This document shows positions 35,330 to 47,490 of a stretch of DNA of 64,000 bases, one piece after another. How positions within the stretch are numbered: the stretch's first letter is position 1; each line of letters starts with the position of its first letter. Source of the DNA: Felis catus (Eukaryota). The stretch is taken from assembly GCF_018350175.1 (NCBI RefSeq), contig NC_058373.1, positions 104,968,001 through 105,032,000 of the forward strand, given 5' to 3'. The translations under genes and the position numbers were made by a program. Below the pieces are notes generated by a model, which did not search any database, was not told the DNA's origin, and saw only the letters and a program-made list of their open reading frames with translations.

Positions 35330-35670
35330 GTGGGACAATGGGAGAAATAGAATAAAGGCTATGGGGTAGATAACAGTATACTTTATCAATGTTTATTTCC
35401 TGATTTTGATACTTGTACTATGGTTATGAAAGAGAGTGTCCTTAGGAAATACACAGTGAAGTATTTAGGGGAAAGAGAGCATCATGAATGCAACTTACTT
35501 TCAAATGGTTCAGAAAAAAGTAGTATGTATGCATACGGAGAGAAAATCATAAAGAAAATAATAAAAGTGGTAAAATGCTAACAATTGGAGAATCTGAGGG
35601 AAGAAAAGTTTTTATGCTATTCTTGGAACTTTCTTACAAGTTTGGAATTGATTCAAAATAAAAACCATCC
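35330..35670 (+). mobile_element. Old L1 (L1MC/ME-type) 3'UTR fragment
   Basis: TATCAATGTTTATTTCCTGATTTTGATA...GCAACTTACTTTCAAATGGTTCAGAAAAAA. Confidence 0.7.
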
Positions 35671-35888
35671 CCCCAAAAGCAACATTGTCACTTCTCAACA
35701 ATACAAACAGGGTTCTGAAAAAAATTTTTTACACACATAGAAAATATATCTGAAAGGACACCCCACTACTTATTAGTGAGTACTTCTAAGAAATAGACTG
35801 AATGGAGAAAAGAAGGATTTAACATTTTACTTTGTACATTACTGTTTTTTTTATTTTATTGAAAGCATGTATTAATTTTGTAATTAGA

Positions 35889-36100
35889 GGGGCGCCTGGA
35901 TGGCTCAGTCGGTTAAGCGTCCGACTTCAGCTCAGGTCATGATCGCGGTCTGTGGGTTCAAGCCCCGCGTCGGGCTGTGTGCTGACAGCTCAGAGCCCGG
36001 AGCCTGTTTCAGATTCTGTGTCTCCCTCTTTCTCTGACCCTCCCCTGTTCATGCTCTCTCTCTGTCTCAAAAATAAATAAATGTTAAAAATTTTTTTTTT
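35889..36100 (+). mobile_element. CAN-SINE
   Basis: TSD TAATTTTGTAATTAGA. Confidence 0.92.
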
Positions 36101-36186
36101 AATTTTGTAATTAGAAATAAAAACACAAAAGATATTAAAAGGAAAACCCCTTGGGGTGATAACTAACAACAGAAGAATACCTTTCT

Positions 36187-36353
36187 GGGGCACCTGGGCG
36201 GCTCAGTCAGTTAAGCATCCTGATCTTGATTTTGGTTCGGGTCATGATCTCACAGTTCGTGAGTTCGAGCCCTGCATCAGGCTCTGCACTGACAGCAGGG
36301 AGCCTGCTTGGGATTCTCTCTCTCCCTCTCTCTCTCTCTACCCTTCCTCTGCA

Positions 36354-36397
<44 letters not shown>

Positions 36398-36419
36398 ATA
36401 AATACATAAACTTAAAAAA
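36187..36419 (+). mobile_element. CAN-SINE
   Basis: TSD AAGAA(T/C)ACCTTTCT; long (CT)n. Confidence 0.92.
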
Positions 36420-36574
36420 AAGAACACCTTTCTATTGTATGATAATAGAGTCGGAATGGTAAGAAAAGACATTTTTAAATTAAAAAATACATATTTCACA
36501 TATGTACATAACAATCAACAAATATATGTCAACATTTTAACAATTGTTGGCACTTAATGAGAATTATTTTTTCA

Positions 36575-37847
36575 CCTGAAAAGATGTTCAACATCATTCA
36601 TCATCAGGGAAATACAAATCAAAACCACAATGAGATATCACCCCACAAACATCAAAATGGCTAAAATTAACAACTCAGGAAACAACAGATGTTGGTGAGG
36701 ATGAGGAGAAAGGGGAACACTTTTACACTGTTGGTAGGAATACAAACTGGTGCAGCCACTCTGGAAAACAGTATGGAGGTTCCTCAAAAAGTTAAAAATA
36801 AAACTACCCTACAACCCAGCAATTGCGCTAGTAGGTATTTATCCATAGGATACAAAAATGCTGATTCAAAGGGGCACATGCACCCCAATATAAATAAACA
36901 TTAAAATTTTTTTTAAAAAGATGTGGTATGTATACAATGGGATATTACTTAGCGATCAAAAAGAACGAAATCTTGCCATTTGCAACTATGTGGATGGAAC
37001 TAGAATGTATTATGCTAAGTGAAATAAGTCAGAGTAAGACAAATACCATATGATTTCACGTATATGTGGAATTTAAGAAACAAAGCAGAGGGGCGCCTGG
37101 GTGGTGCAGTCGGTTAAGTGTCCGACTTCAGCCAGGTCACGATCTCGTGGTCCAGGAGTTCGAGCCCCGCGTCAGGCTCTGGGCTGATGGCTCAGAGCCT
37201 GGAGCCTGTTTCCGATTCTGTGTCTCCCTCTCTCTCTGCCCCTTGCCCGTTCATGCTCTGTCTCTCTCTGTCCCAAAAAATAAATAAACGTTGAAAAAAA
37301 ATTTTTTTTAAATAAAAAAAAGAAACAAAGCAGATGAACATAGGGGAAGGGAAGGAAAAATAAAAAAGATAAAAACAGAGAGGCAAACCATAAGAGACTC
37401 TTTCTTTTTTTTTTCTTTTTTTTTTGTTAATGTTTATTTATTTTTTGAGACAGAGAGAGACAGAGCATGAACGGGGGAGGGGCAGAGAGAGAGGGAGACA
37501 CAGAATCGGAAGCAGGCTCCAGGCTCCGAGCTGTCAGCACAGAGCCCGACGCAGGGCTCGAACTCACGGACCCTGAGATCATGACCTGAGCCAAAGTCGG
37601 ACGCTCAACCGACTGAGCCACCCAGGCGCCCCAAGAGACTCTTTCTTAACTCTAGAGAACCAACAGTGTTGCTGGAGAGGAGGTGGGTGGGAGATGGCCA
37701 ACTGGGTGATGGACATTAAGGAGGGCATTTGTTGGGATGACACTGGGTATCATATATAAGTGATGAATCACTAAATTCTACTCCTGAAACCAATACTACA
37801 TTATATGTGAATTAACCTGAATTTAAATAAAGAAGAAAAAGAAAAAA
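36575..37847 (+). mobile_element. 5'-truncated carnivore L1 (ORF2 C-terminus plus 3'UTR) with two nested SINEs (37090-37319 plus; 37406-37632 minus)
   Basis: CATCAGGGAAATACAAATCAAAACCACAATGAGATA and CTGGTGCAGCCACTCTGGAAAACAGTATGGAG; A-rich tail; TSD approximately AATGAGAAT.ATT; SINE TSDs AAGAAACAAAGCAGA and AAGAGACTCTTTCTT. Confidence 0.9.
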
Positions 37848-38992
37848 ATGAGAATGATTATGTTTTTATGTCCTTGAGAAGCTGCTTTTTCTTCTCTCCA
37901 GGAACCGAGAGCTTTAAAATCTCACCACATTGTTCTCCCAGTTCAGCGCCGTAATGGTAAGGAAAATCACAGAAACTCTCTTAATAATTTAAGCACAAAG
38001 CTCCCATCTTCACCTTAATTACTGCCTACATTTTGCCGAAGCTAAGGTTGTTTTTGTTCAGAATGACTTCTGTAGGTTGACACACACAAAAATTACAGCC
38101 TGTAGTAGTTTCCCAAGCCCACCCGCACAAACTAAATTAAGCACTTATTAAATTCGTGCACTTAATAAAAAGAGACAATAAAAATGATATCAATCAACCA
38201 ATTTCCTCCCCCAAGCCCCAAAATAGAAGATCACCAAGTCATGCTTTCCCCTGGGTTAGATGTGGCTTCAAATGAAGTGTTGATGAAGCATCCTAAACCA
38301 AGGCATGGCCTCGCCCCATCTTTCCAGTTGGGGAGAGGGCCAAGGGAGTAGGGTAAAATTTTAGGGCCTCATTCTATGGGGAATATCTAATGCCAAGCTC
38401 AAAAGCTTCAGGTGATCAGGACTCAGGCCTTCTATACTGTTTTATACTGGTTGTCTTCCAGCTCATTCCTCCCACTTTAGTGCACCTTTGTCACGGTCCC
38501 TCTGCCTCAAGGACATAGGCAAAGAAGCACAGACTTATTCATTAATATTCTGGGTTGTTAACTCCCAAGACTTAGCAGAGGAGGGGCTAGCTTGACTAAT
38601 CTATTTTACTTGTGATCCTTCTAATAAATGAGAACATTCTTCCAGTTGAGTTCTTTTGTATCCAAGTACAATGTTATCTTTTGGCTCCTGATATATTTGG
38701 AACTAAAATATGCTCAATATATAAACTCTGGACATTAATATGACTTAGGTTTCTTCTTCCTTAATTAAAGAAGAAAAAAAAAACCCATAGAAAAAAATCC
38801 CCAATCACAGGATGAAACCTACTTCACTTTTTAAACTCTACAGCTCACATTTTAATGATCACCAATATACCTTTTAGGATATATATTCTACAGCTTGACA
38901 TTCATCTATTTATTCAAAAATTACTTATTCAGTATCACTATGATGTTGACTAAACATATTCCCTGCCTTTAAGAACACCTGGGTGTTCTTTA

Positions 38993-39607
38993 GGGGGCAC
39001 CTGGGTGGCTCAGTTGGTTAAGCCTCCAACTTCAGCTTAGGTTCCTGAGTTCGAGCCCCATGTCAGGCTCTGTGTTGACAGCTCAGAGCCTGGAGCCTGC
39101 TTCAGATTCTGTGGCTCCCTCTCTCTCTGCCCCTCCCCTACTCGTGCTTTGTCTCTCTCTCTCTCTCTGTCTCTCTGTCTCAAAAATAAATAAAAACATT
39201 TTTAAAAGTTTAGTGAAAAAAAGAACACTATACATTAGGGGCATCTGGATGGCTCAGTTGGAAGAGCATTTGACTCTTGATCTTGGAGTCATGAGTTTAT
39301 ACTCCACATTGCGTGTAGAGGTTACTTAAAGAAATACATATATATATATTTTTTTTTTTTAAAGAACAGTATACTTTAATACGCATTGTTTTAAATTTTT
39401 TTAAATGTTTATTTATTTTTTTGGAGCGAGAGAGAGACAGAGTGTGAGCAAGGGAGGGGCAGAGAGAGAGGAAGACACAGAATCTGAAGCAGGCTCCAGG
39501 CTCTGAGTTGTCAGCACAGAGCCCTATGCGGGGCTCGAACTCATGAAGCATGAGATCATGACCCCAGCTGAACTCAGACACTTAAACGACTGAGCCACCC
39601 AGGTACT
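38993..39607. mobile_element. Cluster of three CAN-SINEs (38993-39220 plus; 39238-39330 plus, short; 39390-39607 minus)
   Basis: SINEC heads and tails. Confidence 0.88.
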
Positions 39608-40774
39608 CTAACGTTGTTTTAAATTTTTAAACGGACCAATAAGAAATCACCTAAATATATCACATTATCTTAACAGTTAGATAATACATTCTTTGGGGCA
39701 AGGTTGCTGAAAGGCACACAAAAAATAGTAGAAATTACTCTCAAAGAATTATCTTGTGTTGGTGACAGTAAAGTCAACTTCATGTCAAACTATTTGTATG
39801 TATTCATGTATCCCTATATATATTTTATTCTCTCCTGAGATCACTTTATTTTAACAACAGTTAATTTGCATTAAGACGTATTTGGAACGTCGGGAAAACA
39901 CCGGGAAAAGAGTGTATTCATTGAAATATTGCAAAGCAGTAGGAACAAGTTCTGAGTAATTACAACAAAAGGAAGCCCATGTGTTTATTTCCCTCTAGAA
40001 TTTTAGAAGTAACATTTTTAAAAATCATAACTGTATGAGAAAACCAGCTAATCATTTTTTTAAAAGCTGTATTTCTGTATTTTTTTTCTTGCCAAAAATA
40101 TATCCCAGGTAGATCAGAAATTTAAGCATAAACATATGACACCATAAATGTACCAGAAAAAAATGGGTAAAATTTTTTATAGTCCTGCATCTTGGAAGTA
40201 TTTTCTACATGTGACAGTTATTTCAGAAGCCATAAATAAATGATAAAATATTTCATATAAAATATTTAAATTCTAAAGGGTAAACATTACTCTACCTAGA
40301 GTTGAAAGAAGAACCAGAAAAAATATTCACAACGAACATAACATAAAAGACGGATGTATTTAATAAACAAAGAGCTCTTATAAAAATAAAAGCAGTGATA
40401 ATATCGAGGAGGGACTGGGAGATGGGGAGGCTATTTCCATTACCTGCCCTCCATTCCTTGATAAGGACAATTGACTTTTTCGCAATCTTATGTAAAGTAC
40501 TGTGCAATCACAATTTCAAGGCAAGGTCCTTAGCTTTAACCTTGCCAACAAGGTTGCTCATCTTAAGTTCTTCCTATATAAGAATTCTGGTGTTGCCGCT
40601 AATAAAAAGGCAATCAGCTCAATGCAATAATGGCAAAGAACATAAGTAGGCAATCTCAAATAACCACATGAAAAGGTATTTAGCCCCAGTTACGGTTAAA
40701 GAAAGTTATCTCTTTGGAAAGAGTCTATATTTCTTGGACTTCAAGCTGCTTAGTTGCTCTGCATCACAAGTTGT

Positions 40775-41017
40775 TTTTGTTTTTTTTTTTTTACTTTTTA
40801 AAATGTATGTATGTATGTATGTATTATTTATTTATTTATTTATTTATTTTTGAGAGAGAGAGCACACGTGAAAGAGGGGCAGAGAGACAAGGAGACAAAG
40901 AATCCTAAAAGGACAGTGCAGAGCCCAAAGCAGACTCGATCCCACAAACCGTGAAATCATGACCTGAGCAAAAATCAAGAGTCAGATGTTTAACTGTCTA
41001 AGCCACCCAGACATCCC
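40775..41017 (-). mobile_element. CAN-SINE
   Basis: Reverse SINEC with (TATG)n/(TTTA)n tail; TSD CTGCAT(C/T)ACAA. Confidence 0.87.
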
Positions 41018-41150
41018 TGCATTACAAACTTTTCGATAGGTTCAAGTAATGTTATGACTTTGTAGTTAATCTCACATTTTATTATAGTTAGGGTGGAAGT
41101 GATACTTTCCACCTGCCTCATCCTGGATGGAAATAGAACTCCCCAATTCA

Positions 41151-41386
41151 GGGGCACCTGAGGGGCTTGTTAAGTGCCCAACTCTTGATTTTGGCTCAGG
41201 TCATGACCTCACGATCCCGTTGGTCAGATTGAGCGCTGCGTGGGGCTCTGCACTGACAGTTTGGAGCCTGCTTGGCATTCTCTCTCTCCCTCTTGCTCTG
41301 TCCCTTCCCAGCTCATGTGCGCTCGCTTGCTCCCTCAAAATAAACATTTTAAAAATAAAAATAAATGAATAAATAAATAAATAAAT
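41151..41386 (+). mobile_element. CAN-SINE
   Basis: SINEC head; (TAAA)n tail. Confidence 0.87.
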
Positions 41387-41898
41387 ACATCCATGGGAAA
41401 CGATTAAAGCTATAGCTATTGAAAAAAGGTAAGAGTATAGGTACAGGCTTAGACGTCAAAAATATATTAAGTGAAAAAAAAAAACTTTTAGGACCAATGA
41501 TCACATTTGTGTAAAATCACGCACATGTATGTGTATTTTAATTGATATGCTTCTATACAATATGAATGCTTCTCCAAGAAAATAACTTAATAAGGGGTGT
41601 TTTTATCTTATGCACTTAAAATGCTTTCATATTGTTTAAAACTACAAAGCCTGTTTGAAGTTTTCCAGAAAAAAAAGGTGTTTTTTTATGTCGAAAGCAA
41701 AACATCTGCCACTTTAGTTTGACGTTTTTTCATGTCCTGTTTACCGAACTAGAAACAAACACTGAATCATAATTAACTGATATAATTGGAAAGAAGTGCT
41801 GCCCCAGGATGATATGCTTAATGACATATTTGCAGAGTGGTGTACATTGATGGGTAAATACAAAAGAAAGACTGCAGACAGAAAGAAGTGGGTAGCAT

Positions 41899-41990
<92 letters not shown>

Positions 41991-42070
41991 AAAGAAAGAA
42001 GAAAGAGAAAAGAAGGAAAGAACGAAACCGAGAGAAAAAAAGAAAGAAAACAACAAAGAAAGAGAAAGAG
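41899..42070. repeat. (GAAA)n microsatellite with degenerate purine-rich extension
   Basis: Long perfect GAAA run followed by degenerate units. Confidence 0.95.
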
Positions 42071-42119
42071 AAATATGTAGCATTCATCAACATGACACCC
42101 ACTGAAATAACCCACTTCT

Positions 42120-42246
42120 TTTTTAATTAATTAACTAGTTTGCTTATTTATTTTCAAGTAATCTCTAAACCCAACGTGGGGCTCAAACTTATGACCCCAG
42201 AGATCAAGAATTATATGCGTCACTAATTCAGCCAGCCAGGCACCCC
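42120..42246 (-). mobile_element. Short CAN-SINE
   Basis: 19-bp TSD CTGAAATAACCCACTTCTT. Confidence 0.85.
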
Positions 42247-43329
42247 TGAAATAACCCACTTCTTGTTAGTTTTCTTGCTGATTTCCTTTTCTCATATGCA
42301 AGAGGAAGTAATAATTCCCAAATCAAAGTATTTATGTCTTGGAAGTCCAAAACTAGATGCTAATTGTTTTTATGAATAATAAAGTCGCGTTAAAGGTCAG
42401 AACAAATAAAGGGTCAAGGGAACTTGCTGTCTTTGAGTTTAAGAAGTTAAACCTTCATGTAATTTCCTTCTCTGCAGACCTTTTATATACTATGCAGTAG
42501 TCATTTAGAGCAACAAGTCTGGACCTCCTTTCTGAAGGTAAGTTGGCTTGCCTTCTTGACCTCTTACAAATGAAGGGAAAAATTTACAGGCTCTATTTTA
42601 TTTATTCATTATATCCTTCCTTCCTTCATTATTCTATGCATCATTGATTCATTAAAAAGAAAAACATTTATTGAATACTTTGTATGTCCAGCCCTGAGAA
42701 TGCAAAGTTAAAACACCATCTTCAGACCCAAAGATTTTGCAGTCCGAAGGTAGATAAAGAAGAAAAAGGGAAAATTACAAGATGGTGTAATAAAACGTTA
42801 GTACTGGAGGCTAAAGGAACCGAAAGAAGGGTTACCTGGTATAACCTGGAAGGCTAGGGAAGACTTCCGGCAAAGGGACTGTCTGAACTAAATCCTGAAG
42901 GATGAAGGCAGTCCAGATAGGGAAAGGAAGCAGTGTACAAAGTCATAGCCGTGAACTGAAGGGAAAAAAACAAAAAACAAAAAAACATAGCATCTTTAGG
43001 GAACTGCTCATAGTTCAGTATGCTTGGCATGGTTCTAAGACAGGAATGGTGGGAAGACCAGGCCAGGGAGAGATGAGCAGTGACCAGGTCCTGAGGGATT
43101 TTGTCTTCCATCCTAAGTAATCTGGAATTCATCCTAATGGCTCTGGGTTTTAAGCAGGAAGAAGATATGATCAGGGTTGGGGTGTGTAAACATCTCTTGC
43201 GTAGCAGTGTAAGGAAATAAAACTAAGTGAGAAATGTGAAGAGACAGGAGACAGGACAATGTTTAAGGCAGGAAGATTAGTGAAGAAGCAGTTCTAATAC
43301 ATGGGAAAAAATGGTGAGTGATTTTGGTT

Positions 43330-43558
43330 TTTAGAAAACACACAAAATGGCAGATGAGAGTATCAGGACTTTGGTTGGGCCCTGAGCCCTGGGAAGGACT
43401 CCAGTAGGGGGCTGAGGCAGTTTACAGAAGCCATTGGCAGTAATGGCCAGACTCTTGGAGGCCGAAGACAGGAGAGGTACTTGGTATTCAAGCTGCTCAA
43501 GGCCATGGAGGTTATTTCCCTGGAGGAGATCTCTTTTCCTCACCTACCAAGGAGTCTG

Positions 43559-43595
<37 letters not shown>

Positions 43596-44430
43596 CCTTT
43601 CCAGGACAATGTTTCTAGGCCCTGATGATCTTTTTTTTTTTTTAATTTAAAAAAATTTTTTTTAACGTTTATTTATTTTTGAGACAGAGAGAGACAGAGC
43701 ATGAACCGGGGAGGGGCAGAGAGAGAGGGAGACACAGAATCAGAAACAGGCTCCAGGCTCTGAGCCATCAGCCCAGAGCCCGACGCGGGGCTCAAACTCA
43801 CGGACCTCGAGATCGTGACCTGAGCTGAAGTCGGACGCTTAACCGACTGCGCCACCCAGGCGCCCCTAGGCCCTGATGATCTTGTCCATTCTGAAACAGA
43901 CCCAGAGCAGTCAAGAACCCAGACTGAAGTTGTTTGTGACCACTGTGTTGTCACCCACTGAGTTGTACCAACTGCCATCCGTGGGACCATCATTCTGTCC
44001 AAGATACCTTAATTCCTATGAGATGAGGCTACTATAAGAAGAAGAAGATCAATAAGCATTTCATTCCGGCCAGGTGATACTCTCTTTACAAGGTGACAAG
44101 GTTTTGGGTCTCACTAAGGTTCATCTTACTCTTGACTTTTAAATGAACTGACATTCCGTCTGTTCTTGTGTCTAAGACACTGCTGCTGATGAGTGGTGTG
44201 GATAACTGCTATACTTTTGCTAGGAGCTTCACTGCCACTGGGTCAACTTTGCTGAAGCCATCTTTGATGCCATCTCTAAGTCCTGCAGCTCTATGATCCC
44301 TGAACTCTGCAAAGACAGTATTCACCAAATTTCTCTCTCAGGGATTTACTGATCATAAAGTCCCAAGTGACAGTGCACAGAACCCACAGAATCCTCGTGG
44401 TTACCGTGTTGTGGTCTTGTAAAAGCAATA
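43330..44430 (+). pseudogene. RPS2: Processed pseudogene of ribosomal protein S2 (uS5), heavily decayed
   Basis: AAAACACACAAAATGGCAGATGA (5'UTR plus MAD; ATG 43347), TCCCTGGAGGAGATCT (SLEEI), ACTGCCATCCGTGGGACCATCATTCTG (TAIRG.IIL), CAAGGTGACA (KVT), CAACTTTGCTGAAGCCATCTTTGATGCCATCTCTAAG (NFA.A.FDAISK), GTATTCACCAA (VFTK). These are collinear with recalled RPS2 mRNA and intronless, with frameshifts, a poly-T insertion and a SINE. Confidence 0.88.
43633..43866 (-). mobile_element. Young feline CAN-SINE inserted in the RPS2 pseudogene
   Basis: Perfect 17-bp TSD TAGGCCCTGATGATCTT. Confidence 0.93.
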
Positions 44431-44951
44431 TTAGAGAATGAAAGAGAAGGATGGTGAAGGTCTGAACTAATGTAGTAGTAAGGATGAAGAGGAGGTAACA
44501 GACCTGAGATATACAAGAAAAAGAAATCACAGGACTTCATGTCTGATTAAATATTGGAAGTAAAGAAAGGGAGGAGTTGAGAATGACTATTTTAGGTTTC
44601 CAGTTTGGGCTCCTGGAAAGAGGTCCTTCAGAATAATAAGAAATGTAGGCTATGGGGCCACTTTTCAACAGATTGTAAGTAGTGAAGATTTGGACCTGTT
44701 GAATTTAAGACAGTTGTGATACTTCTACAAAGAACTGATCAGTAAATAATTGAAAACTGTAGGTTTTAAACACAGGGAATACAGGCACCTGGATGTCTCA
44801 GTCGATTAAGCATCTGACTTTGGTTCAAGTCATGATCTTGCAGCTCATGGGTTCAAGCCCCACATGAGACTCTGTTCTGACAGCTCAGAGCCTGAAGCCT
44901 GGTTTGGATTCTGTGTCCCCCTCTCTCTCTCTGCCCCTCCCCCACTCACGT

Positions 44952-44993
<42 letters not shown>

Positions 44994-45974
44994 AAAAATA
45001 AATTTTAAAAGATTTAAAAACTTTTAAAATTTAAACACAGGGACTAGATCTGACCTGGAGGTATAGATTGTTGGAGAGTGTGTGAGTGGCCATGAGTCTA
45101 AGACGGTAAATGAAGTCATGGAGAAGGATGAGATAACTCAAGAAGAGTATACAGAGGTAAGAAGAGAGGTGAGCCAAGGACAAAATGGTGGATAACATAT
45201 ATTAAGGGATAGACAGAATACTAGAAGACTCTAAAGAAATATCCATAAAGTGTTATAAACCCAAACAGGGTATTATTGTAGAAGGTGAGGGAAAAGAAAG
45301 TTTCAAGGTGAGAGGAGTCAAACAGTTTGAAAACTTACAGAGAGGTCATATAGGTTAAAAGGGAGATGTATCCATTGGATCCAGCAACCTAAGAAATTAC
45401 TGATGTGTCAAGCAAGAGAAATTTTGGTCACGTGGCAAAATCTAGACTGTAATGGATTAAGGAACAATGGAAAGTAAGGAGGATGAAAAAAAAATAGACA
45501 AGTCTTTCAATAAGGTTAGTTGGAAAGGAAAGGAAAGGAAAGGAAAGGAAAAGAGGGTGTTTGCCAGAGGAAAAGATAGTTTGAGGGAAGATGTTCCTTT
45601 TTGGAAAGATGCTGATGGAAAAGAAAGGGAGACAGGTAGTTGAGAAAGAAAAGTCAGGGAGGAAGAGTAGGGAATGAAGAACAGAGCCCAACTGGAGGGA
45701 TTAGCTTTGAATAAAAGAAGGGAATCCTTTTACCCTATGATAAGAAGAAAGCCATGCAGATGTATTTCTAAGAGACATTCAACACCACCAGCAATTTTTG
45801 GTACAAAACTTTTTGGTGCTGGAGTTCCGAATCAGAGAGTAGGCATTTGTAATGTTGTAACATGTGACAAGCAAACTTTGTCCAGGGGCCATCCCATTTT
45901 ACAGCTCTGATAACTACTGCATCTCATATGTTCAGCAATGTCAAACGTACAGTGAAAACCAAGTCCTCGGTACT

Positions 45975-46420
45975 GCTTTGTGGAGGTATAATTCACATAC
46001 CATAAAATTCACCAGTTTTGAGTATACACTTACATGATTTTTAGTAAATTTATTAAATTTCTCGAATTATGCAATTATCACCATAGTCCAGTTTTAGAAT
46101 ATTTTCATCACCCCAATAAAATTCCTACTGCCCATTTACAATTAATCCCTGTTCCCACCTCAGCCCTAGGAAAAAACTAATATACTTTTTTTGATCTCTA
46201 TAGATTGGTCACCTCTGGACATTTCATATAAAATAAATCATACAATATGTGGGGGTTTTTTGGCTGGCTTCTTTCACTTAGCATAATGATTTTTAGGTTC
46301 ATCTCTGTTACAGTATGTATGAGTGGGTTATTCCTTTTTACTGCTGAATATATGCCATTGTATCACTATACCACACTTTGTTTATCTACTCACCAGTTGA
46401 TGGATATTTGTCACTGCTTT
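45975..46420 (-). mobile_element. L1 (L1MB/ME-type) 3'UTR fragment
   Basis: GAGGTATAATTCACATACCATAAAATTCACC...CTGGACATTTCATATAAA...TGGCTTCTTTCACTTAGCATAATG. Confidence 0.8.
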
Positions 46421-46464
46421 TGCTTGTTCAGATTGGTTTTGATTTTGGTTTGGTTTAGTTTTAC

Positions 46465-46695
46465 TTTTTTTTTTTTTTTTAATTTTTTTTTTCAACGTTT
46501 ATTTATTTTTGGGACAGAGAGAGACAGAGCATGAACGGGGGAGGGGCAGAGAGAGAGGGAGACACAGAATCGGAAACAGGCTCCAGGCTCTGAGCCATCA
46601 GCCCAGAGCCCGACGCAGGGCTCAAACTCACGGACCGCGAGATCATGACCTGGCTGAAGTCGGACGCTTAACCGACTGCGCCACCCAGGCGCCCC
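46465..46695 (-). mobile_element. Young feline SINEC_Fc-type SINE
   Basis: GACCTGGCTGAAGTCGG...CCGACTGCGCCACCC; TSD TAGTTTTACTTTTTTTT. Confidence 0.93.
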
Positions 46696-47231
46696 TAGTT
46701 TTACTTTTTTTTTAATGTAAGTATAGTTGACCTGCTGCTTTGCTGTTGCTTTGATCTTTGCCCCTGAATGACAGGCATACATTGACAATCTTCTCTCTGT
46801 GCTATCTATGTGCCTACTGACAACTTTAGACAGTAAGTCATGTCATTTTTCTCTAGAGGGTGTGAAGCTAGGCTTTGCCAATTTTTTTTTCTTTTTTTGT
46901 GAAGGATAAAGTGTCTTCTTGGTGATTGGTAAAGGATAAAGACATTATAATTAGACCCAGTCACTAGCCCAATGCATCATAACTATTCCAAACCACAAAC
47001 AACTTTGACAGGATGCGTGCCTGCCACACTCCACAAAAATGTACTCACACACTCCCAGATTTTTGCCACTACAAAACAACAGTACCACAAAACAATAACA
47101 ATGACAATGATGACCACCACAGTAAATGTCCCAGGAAATAATGAGAAGGATGATGCTATTTGGGAGGACATCCAATGAGGAATATTACATCGAAGTATCA
47201 AATGACAAAATGAGAATAAAAATTTTATCCT

Positions 47232-47404
47232 GGGGGCACCTGGGAGGCTCAGTGGGTTAAGCATCTGACCTTTGATTTCAACTCAGGTCACAGTTTATGA
47301 GTTTGAGCCCCACATGGGGCTCTGCACTGACAGTGTGGAGCCTGCTTGGGATTCTCTCTCTCCCTCTCTCTCTCTGCCCCTCCCCTACTCATGCTCTCAT
47401 GCTC

Positions 47405-47440
<36 letters not shown>

Positions 47441-47490
47441 AATAAGTAAATAAACTTTTTTTAAAAAGATTAAAAAAAGAATTTAGAAAA
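47232..47490 (+). mobile_element. CAN-SINE
   Basis: SINEC head, (CT)n; TSD TTATCCTG. Confidence 0.88.

Larger units (their letters stand above)
42600..45730 (-). mobile_element. Long degenerate L2 fragment interrupted by an RPS2 pseudogene and SINEs
   Basis: Reverse L2 motifs AAACATTTATTGAATAC, GGGTTTTAAGCAGGAAG, ACAGGACTT...GATTAAAT, ATCCATTGGAT.CAGCAAC; SINE 44782-45030 with TSD TTTTAAACACAGGGA. Confidence 0.7.

Noticed and set aside
36689..36904. L1-derived ORF (also 52452-52766)
   Set aside because: Short fragments of 5'-truncated L1; no intact ORF1 or ORF2
41730..42130. Phe/Leu/Ser-rich and Lys/Glu/Arg-rich ORFs (also near 31000 and 51900)
   Set aside because: Translations of (GAAA)n microsatellites
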